From contig DATLAX010000002.1 of assembly GCA_035527215.1 (NCBI GenBank), positions 1 through 31,452 on the forward strand: a stretch of 31,452 nt of DNA, in the 5' to 3' direction. The notes below the pieces were generated by a model. That model was not told where the DNA came from. It saw nothing but the letters and a program-made list of their open reading frames with translations, and searched no databases. Origin of the DNA: Dehalococcoidia bacterium. Lineage in GTDB: Bacteria > Chloroflexota > Dehalococcoidia > DSTF01 > JALHUB01. Both the position numbers and the translations under genes were made by a program. Of the stretch, positions 9,961-17,371 are shown piece by piece; the first letter of the stretch is position 1, and every line of letters begins with the position of its first letter.

Positions 9961-10428
9961 CTAGCGTCGTCTGAGGAGCAGGAGGAGGCCGATGACGATG
10001 ATGATGAGGGGCCAGAGCCGCGACCAGTGCAACCATCCCAGGAGGTTGAGGTTGGTCAGGAGGAACAGGACGCCGATGAGCACGAGGATCAGGCCCGCGA
10101 GCGCGGCCGGCTCGATCCGGTGCGTGCGTTCTCCCGGGGAACGGCGTAGCGTCGCCTGGACCTCGTTCCCGATCTCGCGCGCTGAGTGCGCCATTTCATC
10201 GACATTCTCGCGCATGGACTCGCGGACGCTCTTTCCCACCGACGCGTCGCTGGGGACGATCAACCAGAGGACAACGTAGAGCGCCACGCCGAGGAGGACG
10301 CCGGTCGCGACCGTGACGAGAACGTAGACGATGCGCACGAGCGTCGGGTCGATGTTGAAGTACTCGCCGAGGCCGCCGCAGATGCCCGCAAGCATTCTCT
10401 GTGTCGAACTCCGGTACAAGCGTTCCAT
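9961..10428 (-). CDS. PspC-domain membrane protein with C-terminal LiaF/DUF5668-like TM hairpin
   Basis: MERLYRSSTQRMLAGICGGLGEYFNIDPTLVRIVYV...YVVLWLIVP (PspC); C-terminal GLILVLIGVLFLL...LWPLIIIVIGLLLL; SD GGAGG. Confidence 0.9.
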   Translation of the reverse strand: MERLYRSSTQRMLAGICGGLGEYFNIDPTLVRIVYVLVTVATGVLLGVALYVVLWLIVPSDASVGKSVRESMRENVDEMAHSAREIGNEVQATLRRSPGERTHRIEPAALAGLILVLIGVLFLLTNLNLLGWLHWSRLWPLIIIVIGLLLLLRRR

Positions 10429-10447
10429 CCGAATAACCTCCAACTTC

Positions 10448-10456
10448 ATTATAACA
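10448..10456 (-). promoter_or_regulatory. Extended -10 promoter of the PspC-domain gene
   Basis: Minus strand TG-T-TATAAT, a perfect consensus, 7 nt upstream of the SD. Confidence 0.65.
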
Positions 10457-10518
10457 GCAGGCAAGGGCGCGTTTCGGCTCGGCGCGGATCGGAGGTCGAC
10501 AGGTCGAGCGGGGATTCG

Positions 10519-11379
10519 TCAGGGTGCCAGCTTGGCCGTTGGCTTCCCCTGCAAGCGGCGGATACGCGATCGCACGGCCAGGTAGCCGCGCACGAGCATG
10601 CCGCGGGCCACTGGAGCGCCGGCTGACGTCGCTCCGTCGATCATGAAGGCCGTGCCGGAGATGAAGGATGCTTCATCGCTGGCCAGGAAGGCGACGGAAT
10701 TGGCCACGTCCTCCGGCGTCGCGAACCGGCCTAATGGCGACGACTGACGGAGGATCGAGCGGCCCGGGCCTCCGAAGGCGTCCCAGAGCGGCTCCAGGAA
10801 AGGCGTGTCGACCCAGCCCGGGCAGATGGCGATGGACCGGATGCCGTCCGGCCCGTAGACGTGCGCTACATGCCGCATCAGCATGATGACGCCCGTTTTC
10901 GAGACGTTGTACTCGATCCCCGCCGGGCTGGAGGTGAGGCCGGCCATGCTCGCTGTTGCCAGGATCACGCCCTTCTTCTGCTTTCGCATTATGGGCAGCG
11001 CAGCTTTCACGCAGAGGAAGACACCTGTCAGGTTCACGTCGAGGACGCGCCGCCACGACTCCTCAGGGCAGTCGCCGACGGGTACGAGGCATGGAGTGAT
11101 ACCCGCGTTGGCGTGCATGATGTCCAGACGCCCATAGGCCCGCACCGTCTCGTCGACAGCAGCCTGCACCTGGTCGCACTGCGTCACGTCCGCGACGAGC
11201 GGAATCGCCTCGCCGCCGGCGTCGGTGATGCGCGCGGCCACGCGCTCGGCGTCTTTGCCGTTGATGTCCACCACGGCGACCTTCGCGCCCTCGGCCGCCA
11301 GTCGTTGCGCGCAGGCGGCGCCGATCCCTGAGCCTGCTCCGGTGACGAGGGCTGTCCTGCCGACGAGTCTGGGTTCCAT
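10519..11379 (-). CDS. Classical short-chain dehydrogenase/reductase (SDR)
   Basis: VTGAGSGIG, NAG, TASMAG, YNVSK (YxxxK), ICPGWVDT, PLGRFATPEDVA; ATG at 11379 after AGGAGGG. Confidence 0.93.
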   Translation of the reverse strand: MEPRLVGRTALVTGAGSGIGAACAQRLAAEGAKVAVVDINGKDAERVAARITDAGGEAIPLVADVTQCDQVQAAVDETVRAYGRLDIMHANAGITPCLVPVGDCPEESWRRVLDVNLTGVFLCVKAALPIMRKQKKGVILATASMAGLTSSPAGIEYNVSKTGVIMLMRHVAHVYGPDGIRSIAICPGWVDTPFLEPLWDAFGGPGRSILRQSSPLGRFATPEDVANSVAFLASDEASFISGTAFMIDGATSAGAPVARGMLVRGYLAVRSRIRRLQGKPTAKLAP

Positions 11380-11472
11380 GGTCGTTTCCCTCCTGCGCGG
11401 GGTCCGCTGGTGGTAGGCAATCATTCTACTTCGTCTTGACGGCCAATGTGCAATGGGCGGTGGGAAGAAGCT

Positions 11473-11496
11473 GGGGCCGGCGTGCGCCGGCCCCAC
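11473..11496 (-). terminator. 9-bp GC hairpin downstream of the DoxX gene (terminator or GTGG-type REP)
   Basis: GGGGCCGGC-GTGC-GCCGGCCCC on +. On - it reads GTGG-GGCCGGC-GCAC-GCCGGCC, which is REP-like. Confidence 0.45.
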
Positions 11497-11516
11497 GAAA
11501 TCGACGTCGACGCTAT

Positions 11517-12098
11517 CTACCCGAGCAAGAGCGCCACGAGACGGTTGCGCTTCACCCAGGGCATGCGCTCCACCCAGGCATCGAGCCCCAGTATCCGTCC
11601 CGCTCCCAGGGCTCCCAGCACGCCGAACAGCAATACGTAGACCAGGTGCTCGTCCATGAAGGGATTATTGGCCGGCGGGAACTGCGCCAGGTAGAACAAC
11701 ATCATCATGGCGGCCGCCCAGAACAGGCCGGCGCGTGTGAACAGGCCCAGCACAAGCGTCGCGCCGATCAGTATCTGCCCCCAGATGACCAACGGGTTGA
11801 TGATGTCCAAGGCCGCCTGGTTCGCCCCCAGGTCCTGAAACCAGCCGCCGAGAGGGCCCTGCGTAGCGTTGGCCAGGAACCCGGACGCACTGAAATTCGT
11901 GACGAGCTTGTCGATGCCGGACCAGAGGAATATCCAGCCCATAGTCAGGCGGAGCAGCAGCGTAAACGGCCCCATCACGGACTGTGCAAGGCTCTCAGGC
12001 AGGGCATCGAGCCAGACTCTGTCAACATGTGTCCTCCTGACCCAGGCCGGCCAGCCTGTCAGCTCTTTGTGGGGAATTGGGCGGGCTCTTGTAGCCAT
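11517..12098 (-). CDS. DoxX/DoxD-family membrane protein
   Basis: LLRLTMGWIFLWSGIDK, WGQILIGATLVLGLFTR, HLVY, GRILGLD; ATG at 12098 after GGAGG. Confidence 0.88.
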   Translation of the reverse strand: MATRARPIPHKELTGWPAWVRRTHVDRVWLDALPESLAQSVMGPFTLLLRLTMGWIFLWSGIDKLVTNFSASGFLANATQGPLGGWFQDLGANQAALDIINPLVIWGQILIGATLVLGLFTRAGLFWAAAMMMLFYLAQFPPANNPFMDEHLVYVLLFGVLGALGAGRILGLDAWVERMPWVKRNRLVALLLG

Positions 12099-12281
12099 TT
12101 CGCACCTCCAAGACGCGCTTTGTTTCCTTGCTTTACTGCATTGTAGGCACGCAAAGTGTGCAAAAACAAGAGAAAGTACGCCGGAAAGCGTGACAAGATC
12201 GTGAAAGGTATGCGCCATTGACTGTCGGCGGCGCGTGCGGTCTAATCAATAGCCGCTACGACCTGTGGAAGGAGACCCAGC

Positions 12282-13223
12282 ATGCGTTTCGTGACACTCC
12301 AGGAAGACGGCGTCGCCCGTCCGGGCATCGTGGCCGGCGACTACGTGATCGACATACCGGGGACTTCGGGCGCAATGAATGTGCCGCAGCTCTCGGAATG
12401 CCCGGACATCCTGACGCTGATTCGGCTCGGCGAACCCGCCGTCGAACAGGCGCGACAACTCCGCGCGGCGGTGGAGCGGGATATCGCCGGCGGCAGAGCG
12501 AAGGATCTGATGGCGCGAGGGCTCCTCCGTCCGCTGGAGGGGCTGAAGCTGATGGCGCCGGTGCCGGACCCTTCGAAGGTCGTCGCCATCGGCCTGAACT
12601 ACCGCGACCACGCTCGTGAGCAGGGCACGCCGATTCCGGACCAGCCGATCATCTTCGCCAAGTTTCCCACGTCCGTCATCGGCCCCGGCGATACGATTAC
12701 GTGGGACCCGGCGCTTACGCAGCAGGTCGATTATGAGGCGGAGCTGGCAGTGGTGATTGGAGAGACGGCCCGCAACGTCAAGGAAGAGGATGCCTACTCG
12801 GTCGTCGCCGGCTACACCTGCGGCAACGACGTGAGCGCCCGCGACCTCCAGTTCGGCGACCGTCAGTGGGTGCGCGGCAAGAGCCTCGACACGTTCTGCC
12901 CGCTGGGGCCGGTTCTCGTGACACCCGATGAGGTCCCCGACCCGCAGAGCCTGGCGATTCGCGCCGTGCTCAACGGCGAGGTGATGCAGGACTCGCGCAC
13001 GAGCGAGATGATCTTCGGCGTGCGGGAACTCATCGCCTTCGCCAGCCGCGCCTTCACGCTTCTGCCCGGCGACGTCATTCTCACGGGCACGCCGCACGGC
13101 GTCGGCGTTTTCCGCCAGCCGCCCGTCTTCTTGAAGGACGGCGACCGGATTGAGATCGAAATCGAGAACATCGGCCGCCTCGAGAACGTTTGCCGGACAA
13201 CGAAGGCGGCCGGCGGTCTGTAG
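12282..13223 (+). CDS. Fumarylacetoacetate hydrolase family protein
   Basis: IGLNYRDHARE, IFAKFPTS, DYEAELAVVIG, GNDVSARDLQ, GKSLDTFCPLGP, PGDVILTGTP; SD GAAGGAG. Confidence 0.95.
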   Translation: MRFVTLQEDGVARPGIVAGDYVIDIPGTSGAMNVPQLSECPDILTLIRLGEPAVEQARQLRAAVERDIAGGRAKDLMARGLLRPLEGLKLMAPVPDPSKVVAIGLNYRDHAREQGTPIPDQPIIFAKFPTSVIGPGDTITWDPALTQQVDYEAELAVVIGETARNVKEEDAYSVVAGYTCGNDVSARDLQFGDRQWVRGKSLDTFCPLGPVLVTPDEVPDPQSLAIRAVLNGEVMQDSRTSEMIFGVRELIAFASRAFTLLPGDVILTGTPHGVGVFRQPPVFLKDGDRIEIEIENIGRLENVCRTTKAAGGL

Positions 13224-13243
13224 GGGCGCACAGCCGTGCGCCC
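13220..13243 (+). repeat. Single GTAG-type REP palindrome overlapping the FAA hydrolase stop codon
   Basis: GTAG-GGGCGCAC-AGCC-GTGCGCCC; the TAG of GTAG is the gene's stop codon. Confidence 0.7.
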
Positions 13244-13264
13244 GCCCGAAGAGATGCGCCCCTG

Positions 13265-13906
13265 CTAGCGTAGCGGCGAGTAGGGCAGCGTGAACACGGG
13301 CACCATTCGCTCGACGGGCGCGTTCTCCCGCACCGCGCGGAAGAATCGGTTCGTCCGTTCGTCCGACGGCTGATAGCCGGAGAGGCGCATCGACCCTTTC
13401 CAGATGTCCGTCACCTCGTTCTGATTGCCGGTGATCGTCCGCCAGCTCGCGACCACCGGCAGACCGGCTGCCACGCCCTCCATCGCCGCGACGAAGAAGG
13501 GCATCCTTCCCGGCGCTATCTCCATCTTTGCCAGCATGTACGTTCCCAGCGGCTTCTCCGCCGTCTCCTTCCATGCGTCGTGCAGCTTCCCGGCCAGCAG
13601 CGGGGTCAGCGGCTCCAGGAGGCGTGTCCGGCGCTTCGGCGCCAGCTCCTCCAGCCGTGCCTGGTACTCCAGCCAGGGCTCGGCGTGCTGCGCCTGGTCG
13701 CGGAACTCCTCGAACGCCGCCATGTTGTCGAACTCGAGCACCTGGATGACCTGACAGAACGACTCGATGTCGTTGTACCAGGCGGCGGCCAGACGGAAGC
13801 CCATGCGCTCCAGGGGCAACAGTTTCTCCTGCGCGAAGGCGACGAAGTTGTCGAGCGTCTCCGGGCTCGGCGGCTCAAGCGTCAGGGTCTCTTCGAGATA
13901 GATCAT
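13265..13906 (-). CDS. Tandem NIPSNAP-like dimeric alpha/beta barrel protein
   Basis: Two roughly 100-aa halves (GFRLAAAWY...QVIQVLEFDNMAAFEEFR; VVASWRTITGNQNEVTDIW) ending in PYSPLR; SD AGGAGGAG overlaps the yjbQ stop. Confidence 0.7.
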   Translation of the reverse strand: MIYLEETLTLEPPSPETLDNFVAFAQEKLLPLERMGFRLAAAWYNDIESFCQVIQVLEFDNMAAFEEFRDQAQHAEPWLEYQARLEELAPKRRTRLLEPLTPLLAGKLHDAWKETAEKPLGTYMLAKMEIAPGRMPFFVAAMEGVAAGLPVVASWRTITGNQNEVTDIWKGSMRLSGYQPSDERTNRFFRAVRENAPVERMVPVFTLPYSPLR

Positions 13907-13916
13907 CAGTCTCCTC

Positions 13917-14330
13917 CTACTCGCCGATTATCTTCACGATGACGCGTTTGCGTCGCTGACCGTCGAACTCGGTGTAGAACACCTGCTCCCACGGTCCCAG
14001 GTCCAGGCGGCCCGACGTTACCGGCAGCACCGCCTGCTGATGCACCAGCGTGCGCTTGAGGTGGGCGTCGCCGTTGTCCTCGCCGGTCTGGTGGTGACGG
14101 TAGTCGGGACGCGTCGGGGCCAGCCGCTCGACCCACTCCCAGAAGTCCTGCCACAGTCCGGGCTCGTTGTCGTTCACCCAGATCGCGGCCGTGATGTGCA
14201 TGGCGCCGACCAGGCAGAGACCCTCCTGGACGCCGGACTCGCGCACCGCCGCCTCGACGTCGTCAGTGATGTTGATGAGGTCTCGCCGCGACCTTGTGTT
14301 GAACCAGAGGTAGTGAGTGAAGCTTTTCAT
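13917..14330 (-). CDS. yjbQ: YjbQ/UPF0047 family protein
   Basis: [46 protein letters not shown]; ATG at 14330 after GGGAGG. Confidence 0.93.
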   Translation of the reverse strand: MKSFTHYLWFNTRSRRDLINITDDVEAAVRESGVQEGLCLVGAMHITAAIWVNDNEPGLWQDFWEWVERLAPTRPDYRHHQTGEDNGDAHLKRTLVHQQAVLPVTSGRLDLGPWEQVFYTEFDGQRRKRVIVKIIGE

Positions 14331-14388
14331 CCGTCCTCCCTGACGCGCGTTCGCCACGCTTCCTGCGACAACCTGACGACAGCCACTA

Positions 14389-14417
14389 ATTATCAGGGCG
14401 GGGTCGGGAAAGGACAA
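14389..14417 (-). promoter_or_regulatory. Putative promoter of yjbQ-NIPSNAP
   Basis: Minus strand TTGTCC-N17-GATAAT. Confidence 0.45.
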
Positions 14418-14481
14418 GTCATACTTCCGCCGGTTGAGGAGAGGTCGGAGTCAAAGTGGAGGCGGAGGCCGGTCAGCCCGG

Positions 14482-16026
14482 TTAAGGATAGCGGTTGACG
14501 AAGTACCGCCATACCATGCGAGAGACGGTCTGCCCGATGGGTATGTCGGCGTATTCGGCGCCGATGTCCTGGATGTAGAGAGAGATGGCGTAGGCGCGCT
14601 GGCCGCCTCTGCTGTCGAAGGTGACAATGCCGATGTCGTTGTCGACCCAGCCGCCGGAAATCCAGCTATAGCCGTTCTTGTGCGATACTGTGCCCTTCCC
14701 GACGCCTGCCGGCAGGAGGTACTGGAGGCCCGGCTTGACGTGCGTCATCTTCTCCATCAGATAGTCGCGCCATTGCCAGTTGACGACGCCGCCGTGGTAG
14801 AACTGGGCGAGGGCGCGGTTCGCGTCGTTGGGGGTGATGAGGTTGGGCCAGCCGCGCAGCGAGAATTCCTCCTGGTAGGCGGGAGGATGGTCGAAGACCG
14901 AGTTGCGCATCTCGAGCCTGGCCATGAGATCGCCGACTTTGTACACGCCGTCGGGCACGTTGCCTCCGGTCCTGATCAGGAGTTGGTGCGCCGTTATCGG
15001 ATTGCTGCCCCATATCGTCTGGGCGATCAAGTCGCCCACGTAGCTCTCTGGGTAGAGTCCGTTTTGCAGGTCGATGACGTTCGATAGCATCACGAACCAG
15101 TTGGTGGTGCAGGCCGCGTGCCTCGGATCGTCACCCTTGACGTCTATCGACTCGCCCGTCTGGAGATCGGTGACCGCGACGGCCACGTTGAAGCCGGACT
15201 TGGCTATCGCGGCGGCGAGCTGATCGCGCAGTTGCAGGAAGCCGGGACTTGGGGCCATCCCGAACGGCGCCATGGCGCCGCAACCCAGGGTGCCGAACGA
15301 CCAGGTGGGACTGTCATGCCAGCCGCCCGCGGCTTTCGTGTTGACGCGCCAGTAGTAGACAGAGCCGGGCGCCAGGCTATCCCAGGTGAACGTTGACCGG
15401 CTCGGCGGCAGAGGCCCCGAGCCGACGAACGCGCTGGGGGCAAAGCCGGTGTCATACAAGCTGAGGTCAAGCCACTGCTCGCCGCCGTCCAGCAGGCTGG
15501 GAGACCACGAGAAAGTGACTGCCACCATTCCCGGGAAGTCGCCGCTGCACTGTTGTGCAATGGACTGAACGGGTGGCTGGCCGCACTGGCCGGAGACGAA
15601 GCTGCCGACTTTGAGCGCGTGCCAGCCGTCTGCGTAGAGGGCGTGAACGCGGTAGTGGTACGCCGTGCTGGGAGCGATGCCGGCCCACGTGTAGGAGCCC
15701 TCGTCCGGCCCGAAGGGCCCGACGCCGGCGAACGCGCCCGCATCGAATCCCGTTTCGTAGAGGGAGAGGTCGAGCCATACTTCGCTGGCGCCGGGCGCTG
15801 CGGGCCAATTGAACGTTACTTCCGCAGTCCCCGGTGCCACGGCGCTGCACGCCTGTTCGATGGGGGTGTGCCCGCTGCTTTGGGAGCCCGGCACGGGCAC
15901 GGTCACTGCCCAGGCAACGATGAGAAGGCTGAAGAACCCGTTTCGCACAACGATCCTTCGCTCGTCTGCCGCCCAGTCCGCCGTCTCGACTTCACGCGAG
16001 ACTGGCGCCCCTGATGGCGGCGCCAC
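14482..16026 (-). CDS. Exported protein: two tandem FN3-like repeats plus class A beta-lactamase-fold domain with non-canonical active-site motifs
   Basis: Hydrophobic segment FFSLLIVAWAVTV; repeat pair at aa 57-250; C-terminal domain with VAVAVTDLQTGE, AACTTN (SxxK position), SNP (SDN position), NLITP, HKNG (KTG position), NDIGIV. Exact start uncertain (GTG 16026 or a later GTG). Confidence 0.82.
   Translation of the reverse strand: MAPPSGAPVSREVETADWAADERRIVVRNGFFSLLIVAWAVTVPVPGSQSSGHTPIEQACSAVAPGTAEVTFNWPAAPGASEVWLDLSLYETGFDAGAFAGVGPFGPDEGSYTWAGIAPSTAYHYRVHALYADGWHALKVGSFVSGQCGQPPVQSIAQQCSGDFPGMVAVTFSWSPSLLDGGEQWLDLSLYDTGFAPSAFVGSGPLPPSRSTFTWDSLAPGSVYYWRVNTKAAGGWHDSPTWSFGTLGCGAMAPFGMAPSPGFLQLRDQLAAAIAKSGFNVAVAVTDLQTGESIDVKGDDPRHAACTTNWFVMLSNVIDLQNGLYPESYVGDLIAQTIWGSNPITAHQLLIRTGGNVPDGVYKVGDLMARLEMRNSVFDHPPAYQEEFSLRGWPNLITPNDANRALAQFYHGGVVNWQWRDYLMEKMTHVKPGLQYLLPAGVGKGTVSHKNGYSWISGGWVDNDIGIVTFDSRGGQRAYAISLYIQDIGAEYADIPIGQTVSRMVWRYFVNRYP
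15277..15858 (-). repeat. Intragenic tandem duplication of a ~100-aa Cys-bounded beta-sandwich module
   Basis: EQAC...VTFNW...WLDLSLYETGF...YTWAGIAPSTAYHYRVHAL..DGWH...QCG versus QQC...VTFSW...WLDLSLYDTGF...FTWDSLAPGSVYYWRVNT..GGWH...GCG. Confidence 0.85.
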
Positions 16027-16029
16027 TCA

Positions 16030-17016
16030 CTATTGTCCACATCCTCCGGGATCCAGAATATCGGGGTTCCTCCCAACTTCCTCTTGGGACTTCCCCCATC
16101 TGCCCCGTCCAAACGAAGCGAGCGACTCATCCATGAGCGAGAGCAGGTGCTCCTTCTCGTCCGGCAGGCGATACCCCTCCCAGTCCTGCCGGAAAATCGG
16201 CGCATTCATGAAGTGGTCAAAGCAGATGTTGCCGCTGATCTCCAGCGCTTCGACCATCCGCCGCAACTCGTCGAGCATCTCGACCGGGTTCATCGGGAAG
16301 AACGCGTCGCGGCTGTACTCGTCGTACAGAGGCGTGCCGGGCGTGACCGTGAGCGGCCGCACGCGGACGTAGCTGGGGTTGGTGGCGTTCAAGACGGCAG
16401 CCGTGTTCCGCGCATGCTGCTCAGTCATCTCCCAGCCGCCGAGGCCCGGCATCACGTACTCAGAGAGCTCGAAGCCCGCGGCCATCGCCTTCCGGCCGGC
16501 ATCGATCATCTCCCGCGACGTCGCGCCCTTCTTGACACGTGTCAGGACCTCGTCGTCGCCGCTCTCAAGCCCCATATGCAGGCGGCTGAGCCCCGCCCCG
16601 TGAAGCTTTCGCAGGTCGGCGAGGTCCTTCTTCAGCACGGTCTTCGCCCGCGCATAAGAAGTGATGCGTTCGATGGACGGGAACGACTCGCGCAAATAAA
16701 GGATGATTTCGACCAGGTCGTCGGTCTTGACGATGATGGCATTGGAGTCGGCCAGGAAAGCCGTGCGCGGCTCGACCGCCCGTCCGAGACTGCGCATCTC
16801 GTCGGCGGCCGCGCGCAGTGCGTCGATGTCGCCCTTCACCTCGTCCACCGATCGCAGCATGCCTTTTCGGGGCAGGTCCTTGTAGACGGCGCAGAAGGTG
16901 CAGTAGTTCCACGGGCACCCCCGCATGACGCGAATCAGCAACGAGCGCGCCTCGCTGGGGGGGCGTATTGGCGGCAGCTCATATGTGAAGGCTTGTCCGT
17001 AGCTGGGTTCAGTCAT
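16030..17016 (-). CDS. Radical SAM protein (stand-alone core, no B12 or SPASM domain)
   Basis: IRPPSEARS, GCPWNYCTFCAVYK (CxxxCxxC), AFLADSN, MGLESGDD, VMPGLGG; no C-terminal Cys cluster. Confidence 0.93.
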   Translation of the reverse strand: MTEPSYGQAFTYELPPIRPPSEARSLLIRVMRGCPWNYCTFCAVYKDLPRKGMLRSVDEVKGDIDALRAAADEMRSLGRAVEPRTAFLADSNAIIVKTDDLVEIILYLRESFPSIERITSYARAKTVLKKDLADLRKLHGAGLSRLHMGLESGDDEVLTRVKKGATSREMIDAGRKAMAAGFELSEYVMPGLGGWEMTEQHARNTAAVLNATNPSYVRVRPLTVTPGTPLYDEYSRDAFFPMNPVEMLDELRRMVEALEISGNICFDHFMNAPIFRQDWEGYRLPDEKEHLLSLMDESLASFGRGRWGKSQEEVGRNPDILDPGGCGQ

Positions 17017-17244
17017 TTCGGTCGTGTCCTATACCAATTATCACTCAGTCAAAGGCAATTCGCCAGTGCTTTTGACTGCGCGGCAAGTGGAACGGGCCGG
17101 GGGCCATCGGGGGCGACGGACGCGGACGTGAGGTGCGGCGTTGCAGCGACGTGATGCGCGGAGCGCATCGCGTAACCCGGAGCGCGGTCGTCGGACGCCG
17201 GTCGCAGCTCGCGGAGGGCGATGTAGGTGGGTATTTCGCACTCC

Positions 17245-17273
17245 TTGACCCCTAATGGGGCAAGCACTATCTT
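17245..17273 (+). promoter_or_regulatory. Putative sigma70-type promoter heading the 17.4-24.8 kb plus-strand run
   Basis: TTGACC-N17-TATCTT about 100 nt upstream of the ATG at 17372. Confidence 0.6.
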
Positions 17274-17371
17274 TTGCCCACCGGAAGAGGCGCGAGCCCC
17301 CGGGTAACCGGTCGCCGCCGGGTGATTCCGGCCGGCTTCGCCGTCATGGTCTGCAAAAGGAGAAGATGGAT

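Noticed and set aside
17255-17371. N-terminal extensions given by the ORF track (also 5500-5613, 6170-6340, 11380-11496, 12099-12218, 14331-14417, 22784-23020, 23648-23764)
   Set aside because: They lie outside the recognisable domains, and in each case a downstream ATG has a clear SD.
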